A DNA stretch of 64,000 nucleotides from Thermoplasmata archaeon. GTDB lineage: Archaea > Thermoplasmatota > Thermoplasmata > Lutacidiplasmatales > UBA184. Below are positions 55,109 through 64,000 of this stretch, piece after piece. A program made the translations under genes and the position numbers. The stretch spans positions 3,852 through 67,851 of the forward strand of contig JASHOP010000099.1 in NCBI GenBank assembly GCA_030041075.1. The letters run 5' to 3'. The notes beneath the pieces are model-generated. The model saw only the letters and a program-made list of their open reading frames with translations. It had not been told where the DNA came from and did no database searches. The first letter of the stretch is position 1. Each line of letters begins with the position of its first letter.

Positions 55109-55789
55109 ATGACCACGAACCTCCGCATCTGCCTCTCGATCCTGACGCTCGGCTTCGCGATCGAGGGCGGCGGCGAGCTCTACTCGCTCGTCTCGCGCGG
55201 GTCGTACCATCCGAGCCTGAGCCTGTTCTTCGCGCTGCTGACCGCGTTGACCGTCGCGGGCCTGTTGTTCCTCTGGGTCGGCCGCCACGAGTGGAACGCC
55301 CTGCACCGCTCGCGCGTCCGCCGCGCCCACCTCGTCTTCGGCCTGAGCCTTCTTGGGGCGGCCGTCGGCGGGGCCACGATCGCCGTCCTCTACGAGGTTC
55401 CGGGCCTCGGGGTCCCGGTCTGGGCGGAGGCGCTCTTCGGCGCCTCGATGGCCTCCCTGGTCCTTGGCACGTTCGTCACCTACGTCATCCTCGTGTTCCA
55501 CCTCGCCCCGCGCTCGAGCCAGCTGGCGCTGTTGGCGTCGATCGCATGGGCCCTGCTGATCTCGGTGTTCATCGGCAACGCGCTCGGGGCGAACCTCCCG
55601 ACGGTGATGACCCTCCTGACGACCCGGACGTTCAGCGTGCCCCGGTTCGTGGGCCCGATCGACACGCTCGCGTCGTACCTGTTCGTATCGTACTTCCTCC
55701 TCCTCGCGGCGTACCTGGACGCCCACCGCACGGTCCTGCGCGGGCCGCCGGACGAAGCTTCTGCGAGCGGTCCGGCGGCCGCGCCGTGA
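55109..55789 (+). CDS. Polytopic membrane protein (hypothetical)
   Basis: Six hydrophobic segments. Internal ATG after a spurious upstream extension. Confidence 0.55.
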   Translation: MTTNLRICLSILTLGFAIEGGGELYSLVSRGSYHPSLSLFFALLTALTVAGLLFLWVGRHEWNALHRSRVRRAHLVFGLSLLGAAVGGATIAVLYEVPGLGVPVWAEALFGASMASLVLGTFVTYVILVFHLAPRSSQLALLASIAWALLISVFIGNALGANLPTVMTLLTTRTFSVPRFVGPIDTLASYLFVSYFLLLAAYLDAHRTVLRGPPDEASASGPAAAP

Positions 55790-56011
55790 CCCATCCGGCG
55801 CAGTGCGGGGAGCGTCCCGGTAGCGGTTCGGCCGGGTGCCGGGCCCGGGGAGCCCACCGGCGGGTTCCGTGGGTGGAGGCGAGGGTTTAACTCGGGGGTC
55901 CCGCCCACGCTCTCCGGAGCGAAGCCCGCGTCGGGGCGCCACGGTGGATCGAACGACGGCCCATCGACGATCGTCGCGCGCGGGTGACGCCGGACCGAAG
56001 GAAGCGATCCC

Positions 56012-57310
56012 GTGGCCATAGATTCGGGCGACACGGCCTGGGTCATCACCGCTACGGCGCTCGTGATGCTGATGACCCCGGCCCTGGGGTTCTTCTACGG
56101 CGGGCTGGTACGTCGCAAGAACCTCGTCTCCACGATCGTCCAATGCCTCGCGATCTTCTGCGTCGTCAGCCTCGTGTGGGCGCTGTGGGGCTACTCGATC
56201 ACGTTCGGCCCGGCCTGGTTCTCGCTCCGGCTCCACGGCGGGACGTTCGGGTTGCTGGGGAACCTCTCGAAGGTCGGCCTGATGAACGTCGGCGCAGCCC
56301 CGAACCCGGCGTACTCGAGCACGATCCCGGAGCTCCTCTACTTCGCGTTCCAGCTCAAGTTCGCGGCGATCACCCCGGCGCTGATCATCGGGGCGTTCGC
56401 GGGCCGGGTCCGCTTGAAGTCGCTCCTCATCTTCATCGTCCTCTGGACGACGCTGATCTACGCGCCGATCGCCATGTGGATCTGGAACCCGGCGGGATGG
56501 CTCCATGTGCTCGGGGTCGAGGACTTCGCGGGGGGTCTCGTCGTCCACACCTCGGCCGGGGTGTCGGCGGTGGCCGCCGCGATCGTCATCGGACGCCGGC
56601 CCGAGGCCGAGGTCCGGGAGAACCGGCCGAACAACGTCCCGTACGTGATCCTGGGCGCCGCGCTCCTGTGGTTCGGTTGGTTCGGCTTCAACGCCGGCAG
56701 CGCGCTCGCGGCCGACGCGGTGGCCGTGAACGCCCTCGTCACCACGAACCTCGCCGCCGCGGCCGGGGGGGTCAGCTGGATGCTCGTCGACTGGGTCCGG
56801 AAGGGACGGCCCTCGGCCGTCGGGATGGCGGTCGGGGCGGTCTGCGGCCTCGCGGCCGTGACGCCGGCGGCCGGCTACGTCGGCCCCTCGGCCTCGATCG
56901 TGATCGGCCTCGTCGCCGGCGTCTTCTGCAACTACATCGCGAACTGGAGGGCCCGGACCACGCTCGACGACTCGCTCGACGTCTTCGCCTGCCATGGCGC
57001 CGGGGGCATGTGGGGGACGATCGCGACCGGCCTCTTCGCTTCGACCGCGATCAACGCCGCCGGCCGCAACGGGCTCCTGTACGGCGACCCGCACCAGGCG
57101 CTCGTCCAGCTGGTCGGAGTCGCGGTGGTGGCGTCGTTCGCCTTCGCCGGCACGTACGTTCTCCTGCGGGTCATCAACGTGTTCTGCCCTCTCCGCGTGA
57201 AGCCGGACGAGGAGGACACCGGCCTCGACATCGCCGAGTTCGGGGAGGAGGCGTACACGCCGACCCCGGAAGGTCAGGCGGTAGCCCCGGGTCCGACCCC
57301 GGCTCCGTAG
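56012..57310 (+). CDS. amt: Ammonium transporter (Amt family)
   Basis: MAIDSGDTAWVITATALVMLMTPALGFFYGGLVRRKN... and ...DFAGGLVVHTSAGVSAVAAAIVIGRR... Amt signatures. Confidence 0.9.
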   Translation: MAIDSGDTAWVITATALVMLMTPALGFFYGGLVRRKNLVSTIVQCLAIFCVVSLVWALWGYSITFGPAWFSLRLHGGTFGLLGNLSKVGLMNVGAAPNPAYSSTIPELLYFAFQLKFAAITPALIIGAFAGRVRLKSLLIFIVLWTTLIYAPIAMWIWNPAGWLHVLGVEDFAGGLVVHTSAGVSAVAAAIVIGRRPEAEVRENRPNNVPYVILGAALLWFGWFGFNAGSALAADAVAVNALVTTNLAAAAGGVSWMLVDWVRKGRPSAVGMAVGAVCGLAAVTPAAGYVGPSASIVIGLVAGVFCNYIANWRARTTLDDSLDVFACHGAGGMWGTIATGLFASTAINAAGRNGLLYGDPHQALVQLVGVAVVASFAFAGTYVLLRVINVFCPLRVKPDEEDTGLDIAEFGEEAYTPTPEGQAVAPGPTPAP

Positions 57311-57418
57311 CCCGGTGCCGGGGCGCGCCGGCCAGCTTCCGAGGAGCGGCGGCCGGATCGCTCGCGCCCGGCCTCCCGTGCGTAGCCGTTATGGGAGCGC
57401 GGTCGGCTCGGGTCCGGC

Positions 57419-59038
57419 GTGCCGAGGACCACCCCGATCGCCGTTGCGGTCGTCCTGGCCGGGGTGCTCCTCGCTTCCTCGAGCGTTCTCGGAACCGAGC
57501 GGGACCCCGCGCCGGCCGCCTCCCCGATCTCGCCGGCGGTCAGCTGCCCGAAGCTACCGACCCCCGATCCGTACTCCACGGGGATGGCCGCCTCCCTGGT
57601 CCTCGGGCAGTCCAATTTCACCAACGCCTACTTCGGTCACGGAGCCGGCAATCTCTCGTTCGGTCCCAGCGCCGCCGCCTTCGACCGATCGGGCGACCTC
57701 TGGGTGGTGGACACGGACAACAACCGGATCCTCGAGTACGTTCCGCCGTTCACCTCGGGCATGAGCGCGACCCTGGCGATCGGCCAGCCGACGCTCACGA
57801 GCTTCCGGTCGAACACGACCGCGAGCGGACTCTGGGAGCCCGAGGGGATCGCGTTCGACGGCAACGGTGACCTCTGGGTCGCCGACACCCAGAACGACCG
57901 GGTCCTCGAGTTCGCGCCTCCGTTCTCGACCGGGATGAGCGCGACGCTGGTCCTCGGCCAATCGGACTTCACGAGCCGGCTCGGCGGGACGAGCCCCACG
58001 AACCTGTCGCTTCCGTCCGGTCTGGCATTCAACGCGACGGGGGCCCTGTTCGTCGCCGACCGCGGGAACAACCGGGTCCTCGCCTTCGACCCGCCGTTCT
58101 CGAGCGCGGAGGCGGCGACGCTCGCCCTCGGGCAGACGAGCCTCTCCGGGTCCCGCCCCGGCACCACCGCCACCAACCTGTCGTTCCCGACCGCTCTCGC
58201 GGTGGATCGGGCGGGCGACCTCTGGGTCGCCGACCAGGGGAACGACCGCGTGCTCGAGTTCGCCTACCCGCTAACGACCGGGGAGGCCGCTTCCGCGGTC
58301 CTCGGCCAGTACAACTTCACCCTGACCAACGAGACCGCCCCGTACGGATTGAGCGATCCGTGGGGGATCGGGTTCGACGCGGACGGCGACCTCTGGGTCG
58401 CAGACTCCGGGGACGATCGGGTCCTCGAGTACGAACCGTCGCTGGCCACGGGAGAGGTCCCGTCGGTCGCGATCGGCCAGTCCTCGACCGGAGGCACCCG
58501 GTTCGGCACGACTCCGTGGAACCTCAGTGCCCCCCGTGATGCCGTGCTCGACCCGGCCGGTGATTTGTGGGTCGTCGACGGCTCGAACGATAGGGTACTG
58601 GAGTTCGCCCCGACCTCGTACATCGAGACCGTGAACGAAACGGGGCTGGCGAACGGGACGTTCTGGTCGGTCACGATGGGCGGCAGCGTGGGCGCCGGCC
58701 TCGCTCCCGGCGGGATCGCCTTCCCGCTCTGGAACGGTTCCTACTTCGTTTCGATCGGATCCGTGCCGGGCTACTCCGCCTCGGCGCCCGGCCTCGCCTG
58801 CCCCGTGAGGATCGACGGGGCACCGTCCTCGGCGACGGTGACGTTCACCCCGACCCCGTCCTCCTCCACGCCCGGCCCCACGCCCGGCGAACTGGAGATC
58901 GGGATCTACGTCCTGCTGGTCGCGGTGATCGCCCTGGCCGCGCTCCTGGTCCGGGAGCGGAGGAAGCACCGCGGACCGGGTTCGCCGCCCGAGGGATCGG
59001 GCTCCGCCGGACCGCCGGCTCCTCCTCCGAGTTCCTGA
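57419..59038 (+). CDS. Secreted NHL-repeat (six-bladed beta-propeller) protein with thermopsin-like domain and C-terminal TM anchor
   Basis: Signal peptide. Six or more repeats of ...GDLWVADxxNxRVLEF/Y... Then ...ETGLANGTFWSVTMGG...GSYFVSIGSVPGYSAS... (thermopsin-type repeat). Then ...IGIYVLLVAVIALAALLVRERRKHR.... Confidence 0.8.
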   Translation: MPRTTPIAVAVVLAGVLLASSSVLGTERDPAPAASPISPAVSCPKLPTPDPYSTGMAASLVLGQSNFTNAYFGHGAGNLSFGPSAAAFDRSGDLWVVDTDNNRILEYVPPFTSGMSATLAIGQPTLTSFRSNTTASGLWEPEGIAFDGNGDLWVADTQNDRVLEFAPPFSTGMSATLVLGQSDFTSRLGGTSPTNLSLPSGLAFNATGALFVADRGNNRVLAFDPPFSSAEAATLALGQTSLSGSRPGTTATNLSFPTALAVDRAGDLWVADQGNDRVLEFAYPLTTGEAASAVLGQYNFTLTNETAPYGLSDPWGIGFDADGDLWVADSGDDRVLEYEPSLATGEVPSVAIGQSSTGGTRFGTTPWNLSAPRDAVLDPAGDLWVVDGSNDRVLEFAPTSYIETVNETGLANGTFWSVTMGGSVGAGLAPGGIAFPLWNGSYFVSIGSVPGYSASAPGLACPVRIDGAPSSATVTFTPTPSSSTPGPTPGELEIGIYVLLVAVIALAALLVRERRKHRGPGSPPEGSGSAGPPAPPPSS

Positions 59039-59174
59039 ATACGCCCCCGGATCGTCCGCCCGACCCGGGCTCACCGCGAGGCGATCCCGTCCAATCGACC
59101 GCGGCCCGTGGAGCCGCGCCCCGTCCCCCCTGGGCACGCGACGGCCCCGTGAGCGGATTACGACCCGGAGGTTC

Positions 59175-60194
59175 TCAGGACCGCGGGGAGGTTTCGACGC
59201 CGCCGGTACGTGACGCCGCGACCTGGCTCAGTACGCTCAGCGCCTCCACCGTCGCCCACCGGCTCGGAACCCCCGCCGGTTCGAGGACGATCGGGTACTC
59301 GAACCCCTCGAACGGGTCCCGGGCGCCGGTGGCGTCGACATCCGGATGGCTCGCGTCCAGCGACCAGGTCCCGTCCGCGGCCCGCTTTCGGCGCAACCAT
59401 CGGAGGGCCGGGACCATGCGAAGGTCGCCCGCGTACCCGAGCCGGGCCAGCGTCCGCAGGCCCACGAGGATGTCGTAGTAGTAGTGGTTCGGGTAGTGAA
59501 TCCTGAACCACGGGGGATACCGGCGCGGCCCCTCGCGCATCAGGCGTCGCTCGAGAAAGAACTTCGCCCCGCGGTCGATGGCGCGGCGGACGCTCTCGTC
59601 CCGCTGCTCGATCGGGATCTCCGCCAGCGCTTCGAGCGGCTTCCAGCCGTCCAGCGAGCCGTGCTTCGCCGGGCCGTCGTTCCAACCCCCGTCGGGTAGC
59701 TGGACCCGGACGATCCAATCGATGGTTCGCCGGACCGCGGGGTGGTCCCCGTAGCCGACCCGGAGGAGGGCGCGAGCGGCCATGCCCGGGACACAGACCT
59801 CCCGGGTCCGGCCCCTCGGGCGGTAGTCGAGCGGCTCCTCGCCCGCCTTGCGCTGGTCGAACCGTCGGAGTATCAACTCTGCCGCCCGCCGGATGCGCGG
59901 GTCCTCTTTCGTCCCGCCCAGGTCGCTCACGACGAGGAACGGCCAGAAGGTGGCGATGTACCGCGGGCGGAAGAGTTCCGGACCCGAGGTCCCGGGCGTG
60001 TGCCAGTGCCCGTCGGGAAACTGGTCGTCAAGGAGCCACGCCGCCCAACCGCGCCTCCCGATCTCCCGCCGCGCCGTTCGGACCCGGGGGTCCGTCGCGG
60101 GAACGCCCTCGACGTCGGTCCAGTAGCGGGCCCGCACGCTCGGATCGGATCCCGGACCGGTGAGCCACCGGCGCAACCGGTCCGGGACGATCAC
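59175..60194 (-). CDS. Prenyltransferase/squalene-oxidase repeat (PFTB, alpha-alpha toroid) protein
   Basis: ...QFPDGHWHTPG... and ...VQLPDGGWNDGPA... QxxDGGW-type repeats characteristic of terpene-cyclase/prenyltransferase beta-subunit folds. Confidence 0.6.
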   Translation of the reverse strand: MIVPDRLRRWLTGPGSDPSVRARYWTDVEGVPATDPRVRTARREIGRRGWAAWLLDDQFPDGHWHTPGTSGPELFRPRYIATFWPFLVVSDLGGTKEDPRIRRAAELILRRFDQRKAGEEPLDYRPRGRTREVCVPGMAARALLRVGYGDHPAVRRTIDWIVRVQLPDGGWNDGPAKHGSLDGWKPLEALAEIPIEQRDESVRRAIDRGAKFFLERRLMREGPRRYPPWFRIHYPNHYYYDILVGLRTLARLGYAGDLRMVPALRWLRRKRAADGTWSLDASHPDVDATGARDPFEGFEYPIVLEPAGVPSRWATVEALSVLSQVAASRTGGVETSPRS

Positions 60195-60329
60195 GCGCCC
60201 TCGAGAAGGAGTTCGCCGGGTCCTGTCCGCACGCTACGCCCTGACCGCGCCGTGGAGGGGGGATCGGAGGCCCGTAGGCATCGATGCTGATAAGTCCCGG
60301 CTTGATGAGCCGTACGGTGCGAGCGTCCC

Positions 60330-61004
60330 ATGAGACGCGCGGCTGCCAACCCGGTCACCGATTCTCCTTCATCGCCTGCGAGCCATCTCCGGCGCGGGTC
60401 CGGGCCGCCATCGTCCCGCGGAGGAGCGCTCCCGCTGGAGGCGCGCGAGCTTACGCCCCGGCGCTGGACCGATTTCGAGAGCCTGTTCCGGAAGTATCAC
60501 GGCGTGCAAGCGGGATGCTGGTGCATGTTCTATCACCGAGAGGGACCGACCGGTCCGCTCGCAAGCGCCCGGCGCCAGGAGGCGAACCGGCGGGACCATC
60601 GCGCCCTCGTTCTCCGGGGCCACGGGCAGGGGATCCTGGTCTACCGGCATGGCCGGGCCGTGGGTTGGTGCCAGTTCGGGCGGCGCGACGACCTGCCTCG
60701 AGTAGAACGAGGGCGGAAGTACCGGTCCCTCGCGAGCGGTCTCGGGCGGCCCCCGAACTGGCGGATCACCTGCTTCTTCGTCGACCGCCCGTTCCGACGG
60801 TCGGGCGTCGCGCGGTTCGCCCTCCGCGCCGCTCTGAAGGCGATCCGGCGGCACGGTGGAGGGATCGTCGAGGCGTACCCCGCCACGCACGGCAGGGCGG
60901 TGGCGACCTGGTTCGGCACCGTCGGGATGTTCGAACGGGAGGGGTTCCGCATCGTTCGGTCGTTCGGGCAGAGCAACGTGCTGGTCCGGCGAGCGATCCG
61001 CTGA
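60330..61004 (+). CDS. GNAT-family N-acetyltransferase (start uncertain, probably internal)
   Basis: ...GCWCMFYH..., ...ILVYRHGRAVGWCQFG..., ...FFVDRPFRRSGVARFALRAALKAIRRHGGGIVEAYP... are acetyl-CoA binding motif A-like. Confidence 0.6.
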   Translation: MRRAAANPVTDSPSSPASHLRRGSGPPSSRGGALPLEARELTPRRWTDFESLFRKYHGVQAGCWCMFYHREGPTGPLASARRQEANRRDHRALVLRGHGQGILVYRHGRAVGWCQFGRRDDLPRVERGRKYRSLASGLGRPPNWRITCFFVDRPFRRSGVARFALRAALKAIRRHGGGIVEAYPATHGRAVATWFGTVGMFEREGFRIVRSFGQSNVLVRRAIR

Positions 61005-61341
61005 CCCGCGCCCGGTGCGGGACGGGGTCGGGGGTGCCGAGGACCCCGGGTCGCGTTCGAACAACCCCCGTTGCGGGCGCACGACCCGGGGATTCTGCGG
61101 TACCCCCATGGAAGACGGCACCGGGCACGCCCCGAAGTCCGGGACCGCTCGCGTGGAGATCGGCCCCGAACCTTCGCGCCGTGGCGTAGACGATGGCGCT
61201 CGAGAAGCGGGGGCGCAAGGAGAGCGAAGAGTCGACCGCTTCCAAGGCCAGCTGGTCGTCGAACGGGACCGGGGTAGTCGCGCGAAGGTGAACGACCGCG
61301 GCGAGGGCGGCCGACTCGCCCTTCGCCGGCCGTAGTTTCTT

Positions 61342-61699
61342 TTAGACCATGACCACGGAGGAAAGAATCTCCGTCGGAGGGACGCTGGAGAATACGCGAT
61401 TGTGCGACGGAGCCTGGGACCCCCAAGCCGCCGCTCGATCCACCCGTAGCTGTCGATGCAGATCATGCGCCCGCCTCCGCCAAAGGCGGCCCGAGCGGTC
61501 GCGGAGGTCCCGAAGGTCGACCTTGGACCCGTTGACCATGCCCTCGGACGTCTCGAATCGGCGGACCGGACCAGGTATACGACTCCGGGCTTGACGATCA
61601 CCGCGAGCTTGTCGCCGGGCGCATGCCGTGATGACGCCGAGTCTTCTCGGGAATCACGACAGGATACTTCGAGGATACGGTCACGGTCTCCACCGTCAT
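61342..61699 (-). pseudogene. Degenerate vapBC-like toxin-antitoxin remnant: AbrB/SpoVT-type antitoxin with a 1-nt frameshift followed by a truncated PIN-domain start
   Basis: Frame A from ATG (rc 61697-61699): MTVETVTVSSKYPVVIPEKTRRHHGMRP... continues in the +2 frame as ...PGDKLAVIVKPGVVYLVRSADS (swapped-hairpin AbrB motif split by a missing base in ccc(g)ggcgac). Downstream MICIDSYGWIERRLGGP.. resembles a VapC PIN start (hhLDTSvhIe.L) but decays into stops within about 60 codons. Confidence 0.45.
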
Positions 61700-61967
61700 C
61701 ACTCCTGCGAAGCGCTGACGGCATCGATATGTCCGTGCGAAGAGGCCGCCCCTGTCGATAGGGGCGCCCTAGGCTGGAGGGCATGGATCCGCGGCACCCG
61801 AGCCGCGAGCCAAGACTCTGGTGCCGGGGCCAGGATTCCACACCATAACCTCGGGCTCCGAGCGGTGCGCCGAGAAGGCCCTCGCTCGGTGTAACGGACT
61901 CGTCTTGGTCTCCGATGCGCGATTCGTGGGCAGAGGGTCCTTAATCTAACCGAAGCGTTCTCGCGCT

Positions 61968-63908
61968 GTGGCGTCGGTCCGTCGTCTGTCGGCCATCATG
62001 TTCACCGATATGGTCGGCTCGACCGCGTCGGCTCAAGAGAATGAGGCCGGGGCGCTCAAGCTCCGCGACGAGCAGGCAGGGCTTGTCCGTCCCCTCTTCG
62101 CTGCCCACCACGGGCGCGAAATCAAGTCGATGGGCGATGGGTTCCTCGCAGAGTTCGACAGCGCCCTTCGGGCCGTTCAGTGCGCGATCGACATCCAGCA
62201 GCACCTGCACGAACGGAATGCGCAGCGGGGCGTGCCTCCCATTCAACTTCGCATCGGGGTTCACCTCGGGGACGTCGAGCAGCGCGAGACCGACATCTTC
62301 GGAGATGCCGTGAATATCGCCTCTCGCATCGAGCCCCTGGCACCGCCGGGCGGGGTGTGTATCTCAGGGGAGGTCTTCAGTCAAGTTCGGAACAAGATCC
62401 CGAACCCGCTGGAGAAACTCCCTCCGACCACCCTTAAGGGGCTTCGGTTACCGATCGACATCTACCGCGTTCTCATGCCCTGGAGCGATCGCAAGGGGTC
62501 CTCCGGCGACGACGGGGCGGCCCCCATCGACAAGAGCCGGATTGCCGTCCTGCCGTTCGTGAGCATGAGCCCGGACCCCAATGACGAGTATTTCGCCGAC
62601 GGGCTCACGGAGGAGTTGATCGCGAACCTCGCCCTCGTCAGGGGTCTCAAGGTGATTGCGCGGACTTCCGTCATGGAGTACAAGAAGAAAGACAAGCACG
62701 TCTCGGAGATCGGGAAGGAGCTCGACGTCGGGACGGTCGTTGAGGGGAGCGTCCGCAAGGCGTCGAATCGGATCCGCGTCACGGTTCAGGTGATTGACGT
62801 CGCCACCGAGGAGCACCTCTGGGCGTCGAAGTACGACGACAATCTCGACGACGTCTTCGCCGTCCAGAGCGACATCGCCACCAAGGTGGCTGCGTCGCTG
62901 CCAAAGAACCTCGCTCTCCCCGCAGCTCCGGTTCCGGCCTTGCAGGAGACCCACGATATGCAGGCGTACCTCTACTTTCTCCAAGGACAGGCCCTGGTTT
63001 GGAAACGCGAAGAGGTCCCCATACGGCAGGCCCTGCGATTCTTCGAACAGGCGGTGGAGAAGGATCCTAGCTTTTCCCGGGCGTATGCCAGCCTCGCCCG
63101 GGCCTACAAACAGCTGGGTGAGGAAGGGTTGATCTCGTGGTCGGAGGCCATCGTCCAAGGCAAGGCGGCGGCCGAGAAGGCCCGAGCGACCAGCCCTGAC
63201 CTCGCGGAGGCGCATGCCATGCTCGCGGAGCTGTCGTTCATGGCGGACGATCCGATCGCGCAGCAAGAGAACGAAGCCAAAAGGGCGCTCGAGCTCAATC
63301 CCAACCTGGCCGAGGCGCACGATCTCTTGGGGCAGATTGCGGGAATCAAGGGGGACATAGATTCTTACGTCCGCCACATCGAAGAGGCGTATCGGCTGGA
63401 CCCGCTTTCCCCTCCCACCGTACGATATCTTGGCCGGGCATACTTCCTCGCGGGAAGATACGCGGATGCCCTCGAGCATTGGAAGAAGACCCTCCATCTG
63501 GACCCCATCACTTCGTACCACGGCTTGGCCGACTACTACATCGCCCAGGGAGAGCTCGAACGGGCGGACGAGATGGTGAAGGAGATGGAGCGAATCAGCC
63601 CAACGAACCGGGCTACGTACCTGAAGCGCGGGCATCTCGCGGCGCTGAACGGCGATCGGGCGAAGGCGCTGGAGATGATCGCGAAGCTGGACGCCGCGCG
63701 TGACCACGGGTGGGTGACCTCCCCGTATGCGGCCTACATCTATCTCGCCCTCGGCGATGTCGACCGGTTCTTCGAGTACATGTTTGCCGCGGTGAAGAGT
63801 CACACGCTTCCCATGAGCAATCTCCTCTTCTCACCCCACTTTGCCCAGGTCCGGCAGGACCCCCGCTTTGAGCAACTGATTTCGCTCGATCGCCAGCTCA
63901 ACGCGTGA
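61968..63908 (+). CDS. Class III adenylyl/guanylyl cyclase (CHD domain) fused to a TolB-N-like linker and TPR repeats (bacterial-type)
   Basis: MASVRRLSAIMFTDMVGSTA...IKSMGDGFLAEF...LRIGVHLGDVEQRETDIFGDAVNIASRIE is the cyclase homology domain with metal-binding Asp and transition-state residues. Then ...IAVLPFVSMSPDPNDEYFADGLTEELIANL... and multiple TPR-like helices. Local GC is visibly lower than the window average. Confidence 0.85.
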   Translation: MASVRRLSAIMFTDMVGSTASAQENEAGALKLRDEQAGLVRPLFAAHHGREIKSMGDGFLAEFDSALRAVQCAIDIQQHLHERNAQRGVPPIQLRIGVHLGDVEQRETDIFGDAVNIASRIEPLAPPGGVCISGEVFSQVRNKIPNPLEKLPPTTLKGLRLPIDIYRVLMPWSDRKGSSGDDGAAPIDKSRIAVLPFVSMSPDPNDEYFADGLTEELIANLALVRGLKVIARTSVMEYKKKDKHVSEIGKELDVGTVVEGSVRKASNRIRVTVQVIDVATEEHLWASKYDDNLDDVFAVQSDIATKVAASLPKNLALPAAPVPALQETHDMQAYLYFLQGQALVWKREEVPIRQALRFFEQAVEKDPSFSRAYASLARAYKQLGEEGLISWSEAIVQGKAAAEKARATSPDLAEAHAMLAELSFMADDPIAQQENEAKRALELNPNLAEAHDLLGQIAGIKGDIDSYVRHIEEAYRLDPLSPPTVRYLGRAYFLAGRYADALEHWKKTLHLDPITSYHGLADYYIAQGELERADEMVKEMERISPTNRATYLKRGHLAALNGDRAKALEMIAKLDAARDHGWVTSPYAAYIYLALGDVDRFFEYMFAAVKSHTLPMSNLLFSPHFAQVRQDPRFEQLISLDRQLNA

Positions 63909-64000
63909 GCCGGGTCCTTAGAGCCTATCCGGAAACCGGTGGTTCGACGGCCGTTCGCGGTTTGGCCGAGACGTGGTCTTGGTCGACCTCTCTCTGAAAA

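Noticed and set aside
1-64000. CRISPR arrays, rRNA genes, additional tRNAs
   Set aside because: No short regularly spaced direct repeats and no rRNA-like conserved stretches. Only one GTTCGAATC T-loop consensus was found (the tRNA-Arg).

Overview
This 64 kb window is about 70% GC and reads as an archaeal chromosome segment. Archaeal identity rests on TBP, Orc1/Cdc6, an RPA with a Zn ribbon, aIF-1A, the archaeal-type CCA enzyme, Bud32, GatD, TATA-box promoters about 25-35 nt upstream of start codons, and an intron-containing tRNA. Thermopsin-like repeat domains in the surface proteins and the high GC point towards an uncultured high-GC Thermoplasmatota-like lineage (inference). Most of the window is densely packed housekeeping and metabolic genes: two fatty-acid beta-oxidation/ETF clusters, aconitase fused translationally to an ABC importer operon, pdxS, pyrF, lipA, an ammonium transporter, and a replication-factor cluster (TBP-tatD-tmk-cdc6). 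The most unusual content is at the two ends. The left end (about 0.5-4.6 kb) is a small accessory island next to a tRNA-Arg with a non-canonical intron. It carries a RelE/ParE-type toxin with an antitoxin, an IS3-family element flanked by a 3 bp target-site duplication inserted into an ORF that begins with an IS5/IS1182-like N-terminal motif and runs in frame into a PD-(D/E)XK nuclease-fold protein, and a secreted protein. The right end (about 61-64 kb) has a frameshifted AbrB/PIN (vapBC-like) remnant and a bacterial-type class III adenylyl cyclase with TPR repeats in lower-GC DNA. Between them lies a 1695-aa N-glycosylation-rich beta-helix/thermopsin-repeat surface protein. The six-frame track is heavily contaminated with long spurious ORFs typical of GC-rich DNA. 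Those were rejected wherever a clearly protein-like gene occupies the same locus.
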